Assembly (NCBI GenBank): GCA_963843375.1
Contig: CAWJKT010000009.1
Span: 256,001-320,000 of the forward strand
DNA: 64,000 nucleotides
Reading direction: 5' to 3'
Source: an uncultured Pseudomonadota bacterium
Lineage (GTDB): Bacteria; Oederibacteriota; Muellerivitia; Muellerivitales; Muellerivitaceae
In this document: positions 37,697-49,302 of the stretch, piece by piece
Position numbering within the stretch: the stretch's first letter is position 1
Layout: every line of letters starts with the position of its first letter
Notes under the pieces: model-generated
Databases searched by the model: none
Told to the model about the DNA's origin: nothing
What the model saw: only the letters and a program-made list of their open reading frames with translations
Translations under genes and position numbers: made by a program

Positions 37697-38701
37697 TTGA
37701 ATTTAATGGAGGAAATCTTGGTCCAGGCCGTGAGCCGTCGAATTACTTTGGATGACCATCAGGAATGCGTGAGGTTGTTCGGGGAAAAAGACCATACCTT
37801 GAAGCTTCTTCAGGATTCCTTTGCCGTTACCTTGGTAGCCCGGGGCAACGAAATCATTCTTTCCGGCGAACCCCTGGAGGTTTCCCACGCCAGCCAAGTC
37901 ATCGAAAAATTAAGACTCCATTTGAAAAAGGAAAACGAAGGTTACCTGCAAGTCGGCTCGGTGAGGAAAATGATCGCCGAAACCAAAGGGGACAAGCCGG
38001 AGGCGGAAGAAGAGGTTCATGAGACCATCCTTGTATCCTCCCACAAGAAACCGGTTTCCGCCCGTTCGGCCAACCAGCAAAAGTATGTGGATGCCATCAA
38101 GAAAAACGACATCGTATTCGGCATCGGTCCCGCCGGAACCGGCAAGACCTATTTGGCGATGGCGATGGCGGTGGCGTCTTTGAGGGAGGCGGAAGTGGAA
38201 AGACTGATCCTCACCCGCCCCGCTGTGGAAGCGGGGGAAAAACTGGGGTTTCTGCCGGGGGACCTGCAGGACAAAGTCGACCCCTATTTGAGGCCCCTCT
38301 ACGACGCCCTTTATGACATGGTGGAGTACGACAAACTACAAAGGCTATTTCATCAGCGAACGGTGGAAGTGGCGCCTTTGGCCTATATGCGGGGCCGCAC
38401 CCTCTCGAACGCCTTCATCATCCTTGACGAAGCCCAGAACACCAGTCCGGAACAGATGAAGATGTTCCTGACCCGCATGGGGAACGGTTCCAAGATGGTG
38501 GTCACCGGGGATGTCACCCAGATCGACCTGCCCCAGGGTAAAAGTTCAGGCTTAATTGAAGTCCAACAGATTCTTTCCAAAGTGAAGGGAGTGGAATTTG
38601 TCTTTTTCAGCCCCAAAGATGTGGTGAGGCACTATCTGGTTCAACATATCCTTGAGGCTTACCACGTCCGCGACGAGCAAAAGAAGGATAAGTTGGTTTG
38701 A
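37697..38701 (+). CDS. phoH: PhoH family ATPase
   Basis: GPAGTGKTYLA, RPAVEAGEKLGFLPG, LDEAQN. Confidence 0.95.
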   Translation: MNLMEEILVQAVSRRITLDDHQECVRLFGEKDHTLKLLQDSFAVTLVARGNEIILSGEPLEVSHASQVIEKLRLHLKKENEGYLQVGSVRKMIAETKGDKPEAEEEVHETILVSSHKKPVSARSANQQKYVDAIKKNDIVFGIGPAGTGKTYLAMAMAVASLREAEVERLILTRPAVEAGEKLGFLPGDLQDKVDPYLRPLYDALYDMVEYDKLQRLFHQRTVEVAPLAYMRGRTLSNAFIILDEAQNTSPEQMKMFLTRMGNGSKMVVTGDVTQIDLPQGKSSGLIEVQQILSKVKGVEFVFFSPKDVVRHYLVQHILEAYHVRDEQKKDKLV

Positions 38702-38723
38702 TGATGAGCCAGCGGCCCTATTG

Positions 38724-39179
38724 ATGAAACTCTTGGTCAGGCATAAGGGGATAAAACAGCCCCTGTCCGATGAAGTTCTTCGGAAATATTCCTCCCTTGT
38801 TTTAAAAACCGTGAAAGGCGGGGCTTTTGAAAAAAAAACCGAGCTTTCACTGGTGCTGACCAATGACAGGGAAATGAAGACGCTGAACAAAGCTTATCGA
38901 AACAAAGATGAAACCACGGATGTCCTTTCCTTTCCCCTTTTGGAGGGGAAAAAAATGAAATCCGGGTTGAAGGAAGCCATTCCCTTGGGGGATGTGGTTA
39001 TCAGCCTTCCTCAAACCCGTCGGCAGGCCGCTAATCAGGGCAAGAAATTTAACGAAGAATTGGCCCTTTTGCTCACCCATGGAATTCTCCACCTTTTAGG
39101 CTATGATCATGTGACAAAGGCCCAGGAGAAAAGGATGTTTGGGCTTCAAAAGCGTCTTTTGAAGAAGTGGAAAACCTAA
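38724..39179 (+). CDS. ybeY: rRNA maturation RNase YbeY
   Basis: TDVLSF, HGILHLLGYDH. Confidence 0.95.
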   Translation: MKLLVRHKGIKQPLSDEVLRKYSSLVLKTVKGGAFEKKTELSLVLTNDREMKTLNKAYRNKDETTDVLSFPLLEGKKMKSGLKEAIPLGDVVISLPQTRRQAANQGKKFNEELALLLTHGILHLLGYDHVTKAQEKRMFGLQKRLLKKWKT

Positions 39180-39186
39180 TCCTCGC

Positions 39187-40605
39187 ATGAATACCTACTT
39201 TTTATCGCATTTTATCGTCTTAGGGACGCTGGTCCTCGTTTCCATGTTTTTTTCAGCGGTGGAAACTAGTCTTTTGTCCTTTCCAAGACTTCTTCTGCAG
39301 CGAAAAGCCCAGGAACCGGGCCTATTAGGCAATGCCTTCAAGGAATGGCAGGACCATCCGAATCGCGTCTTGACCGCCATTCTTATCGGCAACAACACCG
39401 TTAATATCGCCGCCACGACCCTCGTAGCCTATATGGCCATTGATTATGCGGATCTGCGCCATTTCAGCCGAGTGGCCGCCGGAACGGTGGCTTCCATAGC
39501 GGTGACTTTTGTCCTTGTCGTTTTCGGCGAAGCCATCCCCAAAATCACGGGCCGCAGCCATAGTTCCGCCATGGCCAACTGGCTGATCATTCCCATTTAC
39601 CTTTTTGACCGCCTTTTAACCCCCGTGACCTGGGCTTTCGGCAAATTTGTGGGGTTGATCCTGCCCCGATTAGGCCAAGCCTCCCTTGTCCAGGTCACGG
39701 AAGAGGACGTCAAACAATTAATCGAGATGGGCCATAAAGCCGGCACGATTCAGGAAGAAGAGCAAAAAATGATTCACTCCATCTTCAAGTTTTCCGATAC
39801 CCAGGTGAAGGAAGTCATGATTCCCCGAACCGACATGTTTTCGGTGGATATCGCAACGCCCTTGGAAAAACTTTTGGACCAGGTGGTCCAGAACGGTTAT
39901 TCCCGGGTGCCGGTTTATAAGGGGAACTTGGACAATATCGTTGGCATTATTAACACGAGGGATCTGCTTTCCATCTGGAAAAACCACGACCTCATCGTGC
40001 TCCAGGACCTGGTTCGCAAGCCCTATTTCGTTCCCGAATCCATGAGGGTGGACAGGCTGTTAAGAGAGTTCCGCAGGGGTCGCTTTCATTTGGCCATCGT
40101 GGTGGATGAATACGGCGGCACTGCGGGGCTAGTCACTTTAGAGGACTTGGTCGAAGAAATCGTGGGTGAAATTCGGGATGAACATGAAACAGACGAAGAG
40201 AAAGCCATCAACCGGATAGACGACAGTTCCTGGGTTGTGGAGGCCGACGTGGCTCTTGACGAGGTGAATGAGTCCCTAGGACTCCATTTGACCCCCAAGG
40301 GCGAAGTGGCCAGCCTGGGCGGTTATTTAATGGAAACTCTGGGTAAGATGCCCAAGAAGGGCCGGGTGGTTGAAGACCGGGAGGCGATTTTTAAGATTTT
40401 GGAAGCTAGCGAGAAAAGCGTCGTGAAGGTCAAAGTCACAAAACGGAAAACACCTTTGGCACCGGTGGAAAGTGAAGTTGTGGTATCGGTGACGAAGCCA
40501 AAGCGCAAAAAGGCAAAAGCTCCGGTTCCTGAAAGCTCCATCGTGGAAACGTCTTCCATGGAAAGTCCACGGGAGACGATTGTACCCAATGTGGAGAAGC
40601 ATTAA
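39187..40605 (+). CDS. Hemolysin family CNNM/CBS/CorC protein
   Basis: FFSAVETS, GYSRVPVY, VVDEYGGTAG. Confidence 0.92.
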   Translation: MNTYFLSHFIVLGTLVLVSMFFSAVETSLLSFPRLLLQRKAQEPGLLGNAFKEWQDHPNRVLTAILIGNNTVNIAATTLVAYMAIDYADLRHFSRVAAGTVASIAVTFVLVVFGEAIPKITGRSHSSAMANWLIIPIYLFDRLLTPVTWAFGKFVGLILPRLGQASLVQVTEEDVKQLIEMGHKAGTIQEEEQKMIHSIFKFSDTQVKEVMIPRTDMFSVDIATPLEKLLDQVVQNGYSRVPVYKGNLDNIVGIINTRDLLSIWKNHDLIVLQDLVRKPYFVPESMRVDRLLREFRRGRFHLAIVVDEYGGTAGLVTLEDLVEEIVGEIRDEHETDEEKAINRIDDSSWVVEADVALDEVNESLGLHLTPKGEVASLGGYLMETLGKMPKKGRVVEDREAIFKILEASEKSVVKVKVTKRKTPLAPVESEVVVSVTKPKRKKAKAPVPESSIVETSSMESPRETIVPNVEKH

Positions 40606-40902
40606 GGTTTTTTTTCAACCGTAATCGGCTACCTTCCCGTTTAAAGGTAAAAAATGGGATTTTTTCCTTGGCCGGAAATTGTTTTTTGGGTTTGAGTAAA
40701 GTTATTCGTGAAACCTTGTGTTAAGGTATGGCAATTGACCTTGAGGGAAGAGAGGGGTTCGGGACTCTAGGAATGAATTCTCTCGACTTTTGAGGCGGTT
40801 GGAATAAAATTTTAAAACACTTTAGGGTTATCCGGGATGTGAACGCGATTCTTTCGGTTCCCGTCCATAATTTTTAAATTTAATAAGTCCAAGGAGAAAG
40901 CC

Positions 40903-41505
40903 ATGATTCAGGATAAGAGGATTTTATTGTTATTTGCGGCCGGGCTGTTAGTGTCAACTGGAAGTTTATGGGCCGATGCGACCCCTGTTTCAACGACACC
41001 CACCGGTGTAGCGACGGTTGTTGCCGCGCCTGCCAAACATCAAAGCCCGGCTTATGCTGCTATGGTTGCGGCCAATGAATTGGCTGCGGCTGGCAAGACC
41101 GACGAGGCCATCGCGGCCTATGAAAAAATGGGCGTGTTGAAATCCAAGAGCATGGAGGGCTGGAGGCTCAATAACGAAGCCCATGCCTATCTGACCGCCG
41201 CCACGCCGGCCCCCGACAAGGCCGTGCCATTGTTGGAAAAGGCCACCACCACCGACGACAGCAACTATGTGGCCTGGAATAACTTGGGCAGCGCCTATGA
41301 GCAGACTGGCGAACTGGAAAAGGCGAAGGATGCCTACCAGAAGTCCATTGATGCTGCCAAAGCGGCCAATGCCAGCTCAGCCAAGGCGGAAGGAAACCTG
41401 CAAGCCCTTCAGCCCCGTTTGGACAAGATGGACGCCAAGGATGGCGGATCCAAATCCGATGCGGATGCCGCCACTACTCCCGCTGCGGGAGACAGTAAGA
41501 AGTAA
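40903..41505 (+). CDS. Secreted TPR protein
   Basis: AAGGAG RBS; signal peptide; AWNNLGSAY. Confidence 0.8.
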   Translation: MIQDKRILLLFAAGLLVSTGSLWADATPVSTTPTGVATVVAAPAKHQSPAYAAMVAANELAAAGKTDEAIAAYEKMGVLKSKSMEGWRLNNEAHAYLTAATPAPDKAVPLLEKATTTDDSNYVAWNNLGSAYEQTGELEKAKDAYQKSIDAAKAANASSAKAEGNLQALQPRLDKMDAKDGGSKSDADAATTPAAGDSKK

Positions 41506-41527
41506 AAATTTAAATATCAATTCAAAT

Positions 41528-41570
41528 AAAAAAGCCCCGCCAATGTTCGAAACGTGGGCGGGGCTTTTTT
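41528..41570. terminator. Bidirectional Rho-independent terminator
   Basis: AAAAAAGCCCCGCC...GGCGGGGCTTTTTT between convergent genes. Confidence 0.88.
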
Positions 41571-42606
41571 ATTGTTTGGCCTGCCTTATGGAAAGGCGGC
41601 TGGCCTTTATTTTGGCGAATTCTCCGGTTGAGGCGTGGGTTTGGCCTTTGAATGTTTGGCCAGCTTTTGCGTCCGGAATGGAAATTCCCATCTGCGCCGC
41701 GGCGATACCCATGGTTCCTTTCATCGGGATGAAATAGACCGGGATATATTTTTTGGAGTGGACCCTGCCCCGCCGGTCCATGCGATAGACATAGAGCACC
41801 TGGTTATGCTTAAAGGGCTGGCCGATGGGAATGATGATGCGGCCGCCGGGTTTGAGCTGTTTGAAGAGAGGCTGGGGCACGAACTGGGCCACGCAGGTAA
41901 ACATGATGATGTCGAAGGGCCCTGCCTCTTTCCAGCCGTAATAGCCGTCTCCCACACGGGTGTGGACGTTGTTATAACCCAAGGGTTTGAAAATATGGGA
42001 CACAGCCTTGCCCAGAGGGTTGATGATCTCGATGGAATAGGCGTCCTTGGCCACGCGGGAAAGCAGGGAGATGTTGTAGCCGCTGCCGGTCCCGATTTCC
42101 AACACCTTGTCCTTGGGACCGGGATGGGCCAATTGGGCCATGTAGGCCTGTCCTTCGTAGTCGCTCAAGGCCGAACCCCAGCCCAAGCCCCAGGTCCGGG
42201 GCGGGTATTCATAGGCGAACTTCGATAAATCGACCCCTCCCTGGTAATCGTAATGGAAGTATTCGCGCGGCAGGTCCTCGAAGGCTTTCAACAGCCGGGG
42301 ATCGGCCCAGCCGAATTTGCGATATAGGTAGCGGCGGATATCCTTCAGCATCGCCAACTTGCGGTCCTGGAGCCGGTCAAATTCCTTGGCCGTCAGATCG
42401 GGTTGTCCGGCCGCTTTTTTTAAAGGCCTTGAGGAATTTTTTATAGGTCCAGCCCTGCGCGCCCTTTCCTTTCTCCGGGTGGCTTATCGTGGGATTTATC
42501 GTGGATGCGTCCGTGGGGTCTGAGATGGATGTCCTGCGCCACCAAAGGAGCCCGAAAAGCAAAAGAGCCAAACCCAGTAAGAAAAATCAGGGATCTTGAG
42601 GTTCAT
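41569..42606 (-). CDS. pcm: Protein-L-isoaspartate O-methyltransferase-like with N-terminal extension (N-terminus frameshifted)
   Basis: VLEIGTGSGY, GDGYYGW, QLKPGGRIIIPIG. Confidence 0.75.
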
Positions 42607-45126
42607 GGGCGTTTCTCCCGGAATTCTCTGGTTTCGAAGGACCCGACGGAAAGGCTAAATAAGCCAGTCCATAGAGAGCGAAGCTCAGCAAAATCAGCGG
42701 GCGGTAACCTTCGGCAATGGCCAGAAGGTTGGCCAGAGGCGTGGCCACGACGGAAAAGGCCCCGTTCAAGGCCCAGGCCCAGGGGATCAAACTGCTTTCC
42801 CGGGGGAGGCGGCTTAATCCCAGCGGAAAGAAAAAGCCGAAGGGGAACGGACGCCAAGGCCGCCCAGACCCCCAGGAAAATACATTTGGCCGGGAAGCGG
42901 CCAGGAAAGAAGGCCTCCCAATGCCCAGTCCAGCAAGCCCAGGCTCAAGAGAAACCAGAGACCAAGGCTATGCCCGCGGGCCGCAGGCCATCCTTGGGCT
43001 GGCGCAGGAAAGACTCCGGAAAACCAGCTTCCCAAACCTGAAAAAACCAGCATGGCGCTGAAGGACCAGGGAAAAGGAGATCGTGCGGTCACCCAGGAAA
43101 TAAGCTCCTTTTTCGATCAAGCACGATTTCAATAAAAAGAAAGCCCAAGCCCCAAGCAGGAAAAATAAACCAAGGTCTTTCCCAGTTGCGGCAGGGGCAC
43201 GGCGCTTCGGGCGCGCCCCAGCAAAGGCAGGGCCAAGACCAGCAGGGCCCAAAGCAGGGATTGGGCCAGAACGGCCAGGTTGATGAGATAGCCGATTTCC
43301 TCGCGGGGAATCTGGGAGAGGTTGTTGAGGATTTCCCGCAAGTGGGACGGCCGCAGGATGGAGAAAAAGAAAGGCCTGTCCGGGTGGAGGGCTCCAGGTT
43401 GAAGAAATGGGATTTCAGGAAGTCCTGGCCCTGGCCGGAGAGAAGTTTGAGGCTGTCATCCATCAGGGAATCGCTGGCTTCCTCGGGCGCGGCCACCTGG
43501 TCGTTCGTTCCAGCCCAGACGGTGGGGGGGAGATCGTTGAAAATTTCCAATTCCCCGGGTTTGATGCCGGGATAATAGGAGATATCGAAGGAACGGCTGT
43601 CGCAGAAGGATTTGAGCGAAGTCAGTTGATCCTGGGTCCAGGGGTCTTTGGATCACCAGAAGCCGGACATTCCAGGAGGAGCGGTAAAGGACTAGGTGGG
43701 AGGCGGGATCCTGGATGCCAAGGCTTTGAAGGGCTTCCCGGGCGGTTTCCAGGAGTTTGAGGGCATAGACCGTAAACTCACGGGTGCTGACCGGAAGGGA
43801 GACCAGCCCGCCTGGGTTCAAGGCTTTAAGTAGCTCTGCAAGGCTTCGCGGGTATAAGCGTATTTATTGGCATCGGCCTGACCCAGGAATTCGGAGGAGA
43901 GGTCAATGATGTCGAAACCCTTTTTTGAACCCGCCAAATAGGATTCGGGAGCCTGGCGCAAAAGGGTGACGTTTGGGTTTTTGAGCCATGAGCCCTCGTT
44001 ATGGGCCAGGGGTCCCCGCATGATTCCAGGATATTCGGGTCGCTTTCCAAGGCCACCAGTTCGGAGGCTTTGTAGGCCAGGGCCTCCCCCATCGCGGAAG
44101 CCGCCCCGGGTGCCGATCAAGAGCGCGCGGCTATTGGGCTTGAGGATATAAGGAAAGATATCCAGGCTGCCCTTGACGTAGGAAAGATCGGTCTTGGAAC
44201 TCTTGGGAAATGATCCGATCCGGTTGCCGTCCAGGTACAGACCATAGGCCAGGGGCGGCCCATCCACCTTCAGTAGGACGTAGTTGTTGGAAAGGTCGAT
44301 ATCCAGGCGTTCGGTGAAATTATCCAAAAGCATGTAATAGCCCCAGGGGGAGAAAATCCGCTGTTTCACATGGGCATCGGACACGTTCAAGGCGGGGGTG
44401 ATCATCTTGTATTGGCAGAAATGGGACTTGTTGAACTTCACGGCGGCCGACCTCGCTTAACAGGAACACCAAGACAACGACCGGCGGACCATTTCCAGGC
44501 CTTGGCTTGGAAGCGGGCGCGGTATTGGGCCGCCAGGGAGGCCAAGGCCCAGAAGGGAAGCAAGGCGCAGAGCAGGTAAAAGGGATTGATCCAGAACATG
44601 GCCACCAACAATGCTAGGGCCCCGAAGCCCGCGCCCACCAGGTCGGCGGCGTAGACCGCTCCGATCTTCTCGTTGGTCAGGGCCAGGAAACTGAGGCTGA
44701 TATAGAGGCCCGACAGGAAGAAGACCGGGAAAAGGGCGGCGTAGTATTTGGCGATGTTTTGGAACTGGTCCATCCAAAGATTCGTGTCCTGCAGTTCCAG
44801 GGGATTGAAGGGGTTCAGGGTGACCAGGTAAAAGCCCAGGCAGGCGAGCGGGGGCAAAATAAGCGGAATGAAGAAAAAGAAAGCGGTGGGCCCTGTTGGA
44901 AAAAGAAGTTCTTGAAGAGGCTTAAGGCCACACCGCTGGCGGAATAACCGGCCATGGCGATGGAAATGACCCAGTAGCCATACTCGGACCAGCTGGCGAT
45001 GGCGAAGTAACGGGTGAGCATGATCTCAAAACCGATACTGGCCGCGGAAACCGCGAAAAGGGCTACCAGCAATTGGGTGTTTGGCTTGGAAAGCTGGTAG
45101 CGGTTCTCAAGGCCTTGAGTTGACAT
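42587..45126 (-). pseudogene. Fused membrane / spermidine-synthase-like SAM-dependent protein, multiple frameshifts
   Basis: FEIMLTR, YAADLVGAG.G, YT.EA, GLGFLFIE and WAWALNGAFSVVA fragments in shifting frames. Confidence 0.7.
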
Positions 45127-45129
45127 TTG

Positions 45130-47384
45130 TCTATCCTTCCTTAAGGACGAGCGGGCGAAGGGCCCGTGGCAGCCGATGTTGGTTGAGGGACTGGATGGAG
45201 TTGATCTGTTTTTCGGTGTTGAGGTGTCAGGCAGTCCTGCCGGGTAAATGGCGGATTGCCGAAGGAAATCCCGAATCACCTCATTGAAATGGTCCGATTC
45301 GTCCACGAACAAGGCGTGGCCTGAATTCTGGAAAAATTCCACCCGCGCCAGGGGATCCACCTGGGTCAAGTAATTGGCTTGAGATGTATATTTGAGAGTG
45401 ACCGCATAAAGCAAGGGTACCTGGTTCATGATTTTGAGGCTGGGCTGCCACCTTTCGCCGGGGAAGGCGTTGTTCATCAAGGCCAGGGCGATATCGGTGG
45501 GAGGTTTGATGGCTTCGTCGCCGAGCTTCTTTAAAAAGTCCCCGGGAGGGGGTTTCTTGAACAGACCCCAGACAAAGCTGCGGATGGCCTTGGGCCGGTC
45601 GGTATTGAATTGTTCCAGGAAGCGCGCTTGCGAGGCCGTGGTGGCGGGGCTGGACGCGGCCCCCAGGGCCGAATCCACCAGAACCGCCGCGTAAAGGCGA
45701 TCGGTTCCGAATTCCCCCATATAGGCCAGGACCTGGAAGCCTCCGTGGGACCAACCCACCAGGACCACCGAGGTCAATTGAAGGTGGTCCAGAAGCTCCT
45801 GGATGTCCCTAGCCTGGCGCAAAGGTTCATCTCCCTGGGGGGTAATGTCGGACTCGCCTTGGGAACGGGGATCCAAAGCAATGACATGAAAGTCCTGGGA
45901 AAGTCCCTCGAATTGGTACTTCCAGATTTCGGCGGGCAAAAGCCAGCCGGGAATAAAGACAATGGCTTGGCCTTTGCCTGCCTCCAGGTAGTGGAGCTTT
46001 ACTTGGTCGCTGGTGGTAAAAAAACCTTCCTGGACTGGATTTTCACCGGTTTCATTCAGGGTTGGAATGGCTCGGTGGGGCGTTGGAGAGGGTGTTTCGA
46101 TCGAGGTGGGTTTGGCCGACCCGTGAATTATTGAGGCCCAAGTTTGCTCTAGTTTAGTAGCAAATGAAGTTGAAGGGGTGGGAGACGCCATCCCTGAAAG
46201 CAACGGAGTTTCAATAATAGTCGGGGTCATTGGCTGGGTTGTGGGGATGATGAGACTTGGCGAAGCAGTTGCACTAATGCTTAGCTGCGGTGAAGTCAAT
46301 GGAGCGACCGCGGCCACATGGGTTTCGGTGGAAGTAGCTGAAGCCGTTGGAGTCGGGGAAGCCGTTTCCGGAACCAAAGTCGGGGAAGGGGTAGCTACGG
46401 ATAAAGGGGTGAAGGTGGAAAGAGGTGCCGTATTAGAAACGGGGATTGGGGTTAAAGCGGTTTTGAGCGAAGCCGCATGGGACTTGGTCGAGGGCAAGCC
46501 CGCCGGATAAAGGGTAGCCTGGTGCAGGAAATCCCTTATCACCGCGTTGAAATGTTCCGGTTCGTCGGCGAACAAGGCGTGGCCGGAGTGGTCAAAGGTT
46601 TCTACCCGCGCCTGGGGATCCACCTGTTGGAGATAGGCGGCTTGCGTGGTGAACTTCGCAGTGATGGCGTAAAGAAGCGGTATTTGGCGCAGGGCCCGCA
46701 GGCTCGGCTGCCAATTATCCCCGGGAATGGTGTTGTCCAATGCTGCCAAGGCGATATTGGTTGGAACATGGGCCGCGGCAAGGGTTAATCTTCTTATAAA
46801 AAGCCGTGTCGGGGTGTTTCTTGAAAAGACTCCAAACATAATTCCGGTTGGCGTTATCCCGGTCGGTTTGAAAACTTTGAAGGAATGGGCTTTGCTGGGT
46901 ACTGGGGGCGGAAGGGGCTCCCAGGGGGCTGTCGACCAGGACCAGGGCGTTGAGCTTGTCGTTGCCGAACTGGGCCAGGTAGGCGAGGGTGTCGAAGGCC
47001 CCCAAAGCCCAGCCCACCAGGACCACCGAGTCCAGATGCAGATAATCGAGAAGTTCGCGGATATCCTTGGAGCGCCTCAGCGGGTCGTTGCCAAGGGCCG
47101 TCATGTCGGATTGGCCCTGGGAACGAGGGTCTAAGGCCACCACGTGATAGTCTTTGGAAAGTTCATGGAATTGCCGTTCCCAGATATCCTCCGGCATCAG
47201 CCAACCGGGGATGAATAGAATGGCTTCCCCCTGGCCCGCATTCCTGAAAGTGAAGTTTCACGTTGTCGCAAGTGGTGAAAAAGCCCTGGCGGGAGTTGTT
47301 TTGGGCGAAAGCGGGAATGGCCAGCAAGAGCATCAACATTGGAACCGTTTGGGCGATTTTTTTAAGCCGGGCGCCGGAATGCAT
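45130..47384 (-). pseudogene. Secreted tandem alpha/beta hydrolase (two non-heme haloperoxidase-like domains), frameshifted
   Basis: Two copies of LDPRSQG, VLVGW(A/S), SGHALF; T/P-rich linker. Confidence 0.75.
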
Positions 47385-47619
47385 CGAGCTTGTCCCTTTT
47401 CGATAGTGGAATGGTTTGGATGAACGAGATTGACGAAAAAGAGTCTACCATTCAGTATTTGGCATCAGAAAAACCTTTACACCCACAACCAAACAAGGCC
47501 TTATTATACTTGAGGCGTTATTTCATCCGTGAAATCCAACCTGAGACCTTCAGAACGACTGGACCCAATTGAGGTTCACGGGGTGAAATTTGGATGGGAA
47601 AAGGGGAAACGTCGAGGAA

Positions 47620-48375
47620 ATGAATTACTTAGACTGCCATAATCATACCGCTGAATGGTCCGATGGGCGTCAATCCATCGAGCAAATCCTTCAACGGGCA
47701 AAGGAAGAAGGCGTCCGGGTGGGGTTGTCGGACCATGCGGGGCTCGGGGACTATCTTAATTCCAACGACCGGCTTTTAGCCTATTGCGATTTTCTTTCCC
47801 AATACCCCGTCGCCCGGGGATTGGAAATGGACTTGGGCCGCAGTTTCATCGTCGCTGACGAAACCCGCGGGAAGTTCGACTACATGATCGGCAGCATTCA
47901 TGGCATTACCCTGAATGGTCTTCGCGTCGGTTTTAGCCCCCTGATCAAATACCTCAAGGGCGGACTCCCGGATTACAATCCCGGCGCCCAAATCAAGGAT
48001 TGGGACCAGTTTTTCAAAACCCACTTGGAAGTCCTAAAAAAAGAATTCAGCGAACAAAACTACAGCATTCTGGGCCATTGCACCATGCTGCCCCCGCTCG
48101 CCCTAGGCAAACCTGAAGAGGTTTTTCCAGAATGGTGGGAGGAGGAATTGATCAGCACTTTGATCATGTATAACGTCGCCATGGAAATTTCCAATCGTTG
48201 GCTGACGCCTTATGAGCGCCTCATGAAAAAGGCCGTGGACGCGGGAGTCAAATTTTCAGTGGGATCCGACGGGCACGAGACCCTCAAAACTTGCGTTCTG
48301 GATTTCCCTAAAAAAATGATCGAGAAGTTCGGGGTGAAGCCCGAGAGGATTTTCGATATTCCCGCGCAAAATTGA
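47620..48375 (+). CDS. PHP-domain phosphatase
   Basis: DCHNHT..SDG, SDH, IGSIH, GSDGH. Confidence 0.85.
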   Translation: MNYLDCHNHTAEWSDGRQSIEQILQRAKEEGVRVGLSDHAGLGDYLNSNDRLLAYCDFLSQYPVARGLEMDLGRSFIVADETRGKFDYMIGSIHGITLNGLRVGFSPLIKYLKGGLPDYNPGAQIKDWDQFFKTHLEVLKKEFSEQNYSILGHCTMLPPLALGKPEEVFPEWWEEELISTLIMYNVAMEISNRWLTPYERLMKKAVDAGVKFSVGSDGHETLKTCVLDFPKKMIEKFGVKPERIFDIPAQN

Positions 48376-48385
48376 AGCCGCCTGA

Positions 48386-49302
48386 ATGAATTCCGATAAA
48401 TTTGTTTGCGGCGCGGTGGCGATTCTGGGAAAGCCCAATGTGGGCAAGTCCACCTTCATGAATAAGGTCCTCGACCAGAAACTTGCGATTGTTTCTCCCG
48501 AAACCCCAGACGACCCGGGGTTCCATGGCGGGGATATTTCAGGATGGTGATTCCCAAATCGTTTTTTACGACACGCCCGGCATCCATCAGCCCCACAACA
48601 AACTTTCCCAATATATGCTGCGCGAGGTGGAGAATGTCCTGGACGGGGCGGACGCGGCCCTTTTTCTTATCGATGCCAAAGAGGGGTTGGGGGACGAGGA
48701 TTATTTGGTGGCCGAATGGTTGAAGAAATTCGAAAAGCCCGTTTTGTGCCTTCTCAATAAGATCGACCAGGTTCCCGAGGGGCAGGGTGCAGGAACTTAC
48801 GGGAAAGATCAAAGCGGATTTGGCGGGGGATTGGCTGCTTTTCCGCATGTCCGCTTTGTCCGGCAAAGGAGTGCCGGAAGTTATCCGTCAGCTTCAGACA
48901 TTTCTGCCCCACCAACCAGCCCTTTTCCCTGAGGAGGATTTAACCAATAAGACTCTTCGGGAATTTCCGCTGAAATGATTCGTGAGCAGTGTTTTCTACA
49001 ATTGCAGCAGGAACTACCCTATGGCGTGGCGGTGATGATCGAGCAATTCGACGGAAAAAGCGCCGCCTGAGCCCGTCGTGATCAAGGCGACGATCTATGT
49101 TGAGAAAGACAGCCAAAAAGGAATCGTCATTGGGGCCGGGGGAAAACAGTTAAAGGCCCTGGGGACCGCTGCCCGGCAGGAGATTGAAAAATTGTTGGAA
49201 CAAAAGGTTTTTTTGGAGCTTTGGGTGAAGGTCCTGAAGAATTGGCGTAAGGACGAAGATGTCCTCAAAAAATTGGGTTATGCGGTCGGGAATAAAAAAT
49301 GA
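48386..49302 (+). CDS. era: GTPase Era (several apparent frameshifts)
   Basis: [45 protein letters not shown]. Confidence 0.9.

Noticed and set aside
44815..46839. 674-aa hydrolase-membrane fusion ORF
   Set aside because: Probably a frameshift joining the hydrolase to the next gene, which has its own RBS and ATG at 45126.
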